A stretch of DNA of 32,000 bases from Iocasia fonsfrigidae (GTDB lineage: Bacteria > Bacillota > Halanaerobiia > Halanaerobiales > DTU029): contig NZ_CP046640.1 of assembly GCF_017751145.1 (NCBI RefSeq), positions 444,137 to 476,136 on the forward strand, given 5' to 3'. A model generated the notes under the pieces. It made no database searches, was not told the DNA's origin, and saw only the letters and a list, made by a program, of their open reading frames with translations. Made by a program: the position numbers and the translations under genes. Positions 30,081-32,000 of this stretch are shown here, in pieces (position 1 is the first letter of the stretch; every line of letters begins with the position of its first letter).

Positions 30081-31889
30081 ATGAAGAGAATTGTTATTGC
30101 TGCATTTTTAGTATTGGCTTTAACTGCTTCTGCCTTTGCCGCTTCTTTCGCAGATGTGCCTTCAAGTCACTGGGCATACGGAGCAGTTAACAAACTTGTT
30201 GCTTCCGGTATTCTTTCCGGTTATCCAGATGGGACTTTTAAAGGCCAGAATAACCTGAGCCGTTATGAAATCGCTGTTGTTGTTGCCCGTGTTCTCGACC
30301 AGATTGAAGCAGAACAGGCTGCTTTAGCTGATGAAATTGCTGACGCTGATAGCCTGAGTGTTGGTCAAGCACAACAGGTTAACGAAATTGTTAAGGCTAT
30401 TGTTGCCAAAAATACTGGTGAAGAATTAAGTAATGAACAGGCTAACGAAGTTCGTAGTATAGTTCAGGCCCTGACCTTTGAATTCAGGCCAGAACTGAAA
30501 GAACTCGGTGCTGCTGTTGATGCCTTAGCAGTAGATGTTGACGAATTAGACTCCAGGGTAGCTGCTTTAGAAGCAGAACCAAGAGACAATGTAAGTTTCT
30601 CAGGTACTGTAGATACTATCTTTGAAACAGCTAACTATGGTGATAATCCTTATGCAACTATGCTTGTATGGGCTGATGATGATGCCTTAGATGAATTAGA
30701 TGATGATAATGCAATTACAGGTGTTGATGATGGTGATATGCCAGCTGCCAAGGCCTTTTATCAGGAAATTGGTTTAGATATAGCAGCTAATGTTGGTGAT
30801 GTTAATTTTGATTTAGCAATAGATACTCTTAAAAATCTATTTAGTGAAACTGATACTGTAGTAGATGGTATTAAACTTGGTGAAACTGCAGACAGTGATG
30901 CTTTTGAAATGGATACAGCATTACTAACCATTTCTAAAGATGATTATACCTTTAAAGCGGGTAGTTTTGAGGATTATGATGTTGACCCTTACTTTATTGA
31001 TGATGAAGATATGGAAGGTATCGAAATAACTGCCCCACTTGCTGGTATTGATTTCAAGGCCTTTGCCGTAGGTGATGAAGATGATGATGCTGATGAGTTT
31101 GAAAAAGATTACTATGGTGTAACTGCTACAGCAGATATGGATATCTTCAAATTAATCGGTAAGTTATATCATGCACGTCTTGAAAGTGAAGATGCGGTAA
31201 CTGATTTTGCTATAGCAGCTGAAGCTGATGTTACTGATGAGCTGACTATGGGTGGAGAGGTTGTTTTCAATACAAATGACGGTAGTAGTGATGAAAATGA
31301 TACACTCTTTAACTTAAATGGTAGCTATATCCTTAGTGATGTAGTAACATTGCGCGGTCTATTTGAAACAGTTGGTGAAGACTTCAATTCTACTGATACT
31401 GTCTTATCTGACCTGGAAGAAGATAACAACTATGACAAATATAATGTAGGTGCAGACTTTGCCTTGAATGCTAACAATACTGTTACAGCTGACTATACTT
31501 TAGTAGATGCTGATAAAGACGAAAATAAAAACAAATTCGAAGTTGGCTTAGAAAATACTACTGGTAAATTCACTAATCATGCATCCGTTGAATTTACCCA
31601 AAATGATGACTATGATGAAAATGGCGGAGAAGATGTAACACTCCTGACCTTAGGTACAAAGTATGCTATGTCTGATGCAACTACCATTGCTGCTGACTTA
31701 GTAAACAAATCAGCTGATGCAGCTGACTTAAGCTATACCTATCTGGTAGGAAGTATTGACCATAAACTATCAGATAACATAAGCTGGATTAATGAAGTTC
31801 AGTTAATCAATGGTGAAATAGATATACTTGGTAATACAGAAGATGCTGAAGGTAATTCCTTCAAATCTCAATTATCTGTAAGCTTCTAA
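30081..31889 (+). CDS. ompM: SLH-domain outer-membrane porin (OmpM/Mep45-type OM-peptidoglycan tether)
   Basis: A signal peptide (ALTASAFA) is followed by an SLH domain FADVPSSHWAYGAVNKLVASGILSGYPDGTFKGQNNLSRYEIAVVVARVL. A coiled-coil linker comes next, then an alternating-strand barrel region of about 400 aa ending in the beta-signal KSQLSVSF. The protein is extremely D/E-rich. A strong RBS AAGGGGGAA is present. Confidence 0.85.
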   Translation: MKRIVIAAFLVLALTASAFAASFADVPSSHWAYGAVNKLVASGILSGYPDGTFKGQNNLSRYEIAVVVARVLDQIEAEQAALADEIADADSLSVGQAQQVNEIVKAIVAKNTGEELSNEQANEVRSIVQALTFEFRPELKELGAAVDALAVDVDELDSRVAALEAEPRDNVSFSGTVDTIFETANYGDNPYATMLVWADDDALDELDDDNAITGVDDGDMPAAKAFYQEIGLDIAANVGDVNFDLAIDTLKNLFSETDTVVDGIKLGETADSDAFEMDTALLTISKDDYTFKAGSFEDYDVDPYFIDDEDMEGIEITAPLAGIDFKAFAVGDEDDDADEFEKDYYGVTATADMDIFKLIGKLYHARLESEDAVTDFAIAAEADVTDELTMGGEVVFNTNDGSSDENDTLFNLNGSYILSDVVTLRGLFETVGEDFNSTDTVLSDLEEDNNYDKYNVGADFALNANNTVTADYTLVDADKDENKNKFEVGLENTTGKFTNHASVEFTQNDDYDENGGEDVTLLTLGTKYAMSDATTIAADLVNKSADAADLSYTYLVGSIDHKLSDNISWINEVQLINGEIDILGNTEDAEGNSFKSQLSVSF

Positions 31890-31911
31890 ACAGGCTGAGA
31901 GAAGAAACAGA

Positions 31912-31946
31912 GTCCTGGAGGGGTTTTCTCTCCAGGGCTTTTTTTA
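31912..31946 (+). terminator. Rho-independent terminator after ompM
   Basis: CCTGGAG-GGGTTTTCT-CTCCAGG is followed by GCTTTTTTTATT. Confidence 0.8.
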
Positions 31947-31990
31947 TTAGTTAAGGAAATTATGTGAGTTTGAAATTATGAATAACTTTG

Positions 31991-32000
31991 AAGATCGACA
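31991..32000 (+). repeat. Start of a fourth copy of the 124-bp repeat (cut by the window end)
   Basis: AAGATCGACA matches the left flank and first bases of copy 1 (AAAGATCGACAAATAT...) exactly. Only 10 nt are visible. Confidence 0.45.

Overview
The window is AT-rich and almost entirely co-directional on the + strand. It looks like the outer-membrane (OM) biogenesis supercluster of a sporulating, LPS-containing diderm Firmicute. My guess is Halanaerobiales-like, because spoIIID sits beside lpx/lpt/bamA genes and the exported proteins are very acidic. That taxon call is inference, not a search result.

Left end: the 3' end of a degenerate LytM/M23 gene, cstA on the minus strand, spoIIID, mreB/mbl, and a secreted S55 (SpoIVB-type) peptidase homologue.

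The remaining transcription units appear to be:
- tamB, then a small sigma factor.
- A single-pass membrane protein, bamA, skp, a giant coiled-coil protein, a skp-like lipoprotein, lpxD.
- A small orphan beta-barrel OMP.
- An atypical ABC permease plus ATPase, then lpxC, fabZ, lpxA, lpxI, lpxB.
- lptC, lptA, lptB.
- A single lptF/G-type gene, a DUF3084-like coiled-coil membrane protein, a YqgF-like nuclease.
- An SLH-anchored OmpM-type porin.

Points worth following up:
1. The uncharacterised ABC module at the head of the lpxC operon. Its permease has 4 TM helices, an extracytoplasmic domain of about 610 aa, and a canonical EAA coupling loop at the extreme C-terminus.
2. A group-3-like sigma factor and a possible membrane partner lying between tamB and bamA.
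3. A 124-bp structured repeat family (3 full copies plus 1 copy cut by the window end). It sits at the ends of transcription units and shows a compensatory stem change between copies.
4. Three exactly spaced TGCAGGA-N17-GAATATA motifs of sigma-H type, one before mreB and two before ompM.
5. Several unrelated 100-200 bp nested palindromes in intergenic DNA.

I found no tRNA, rRNA, CRISPR array, transposase or integrase. All family assignments come from reading motifs by eye. No database search was run.
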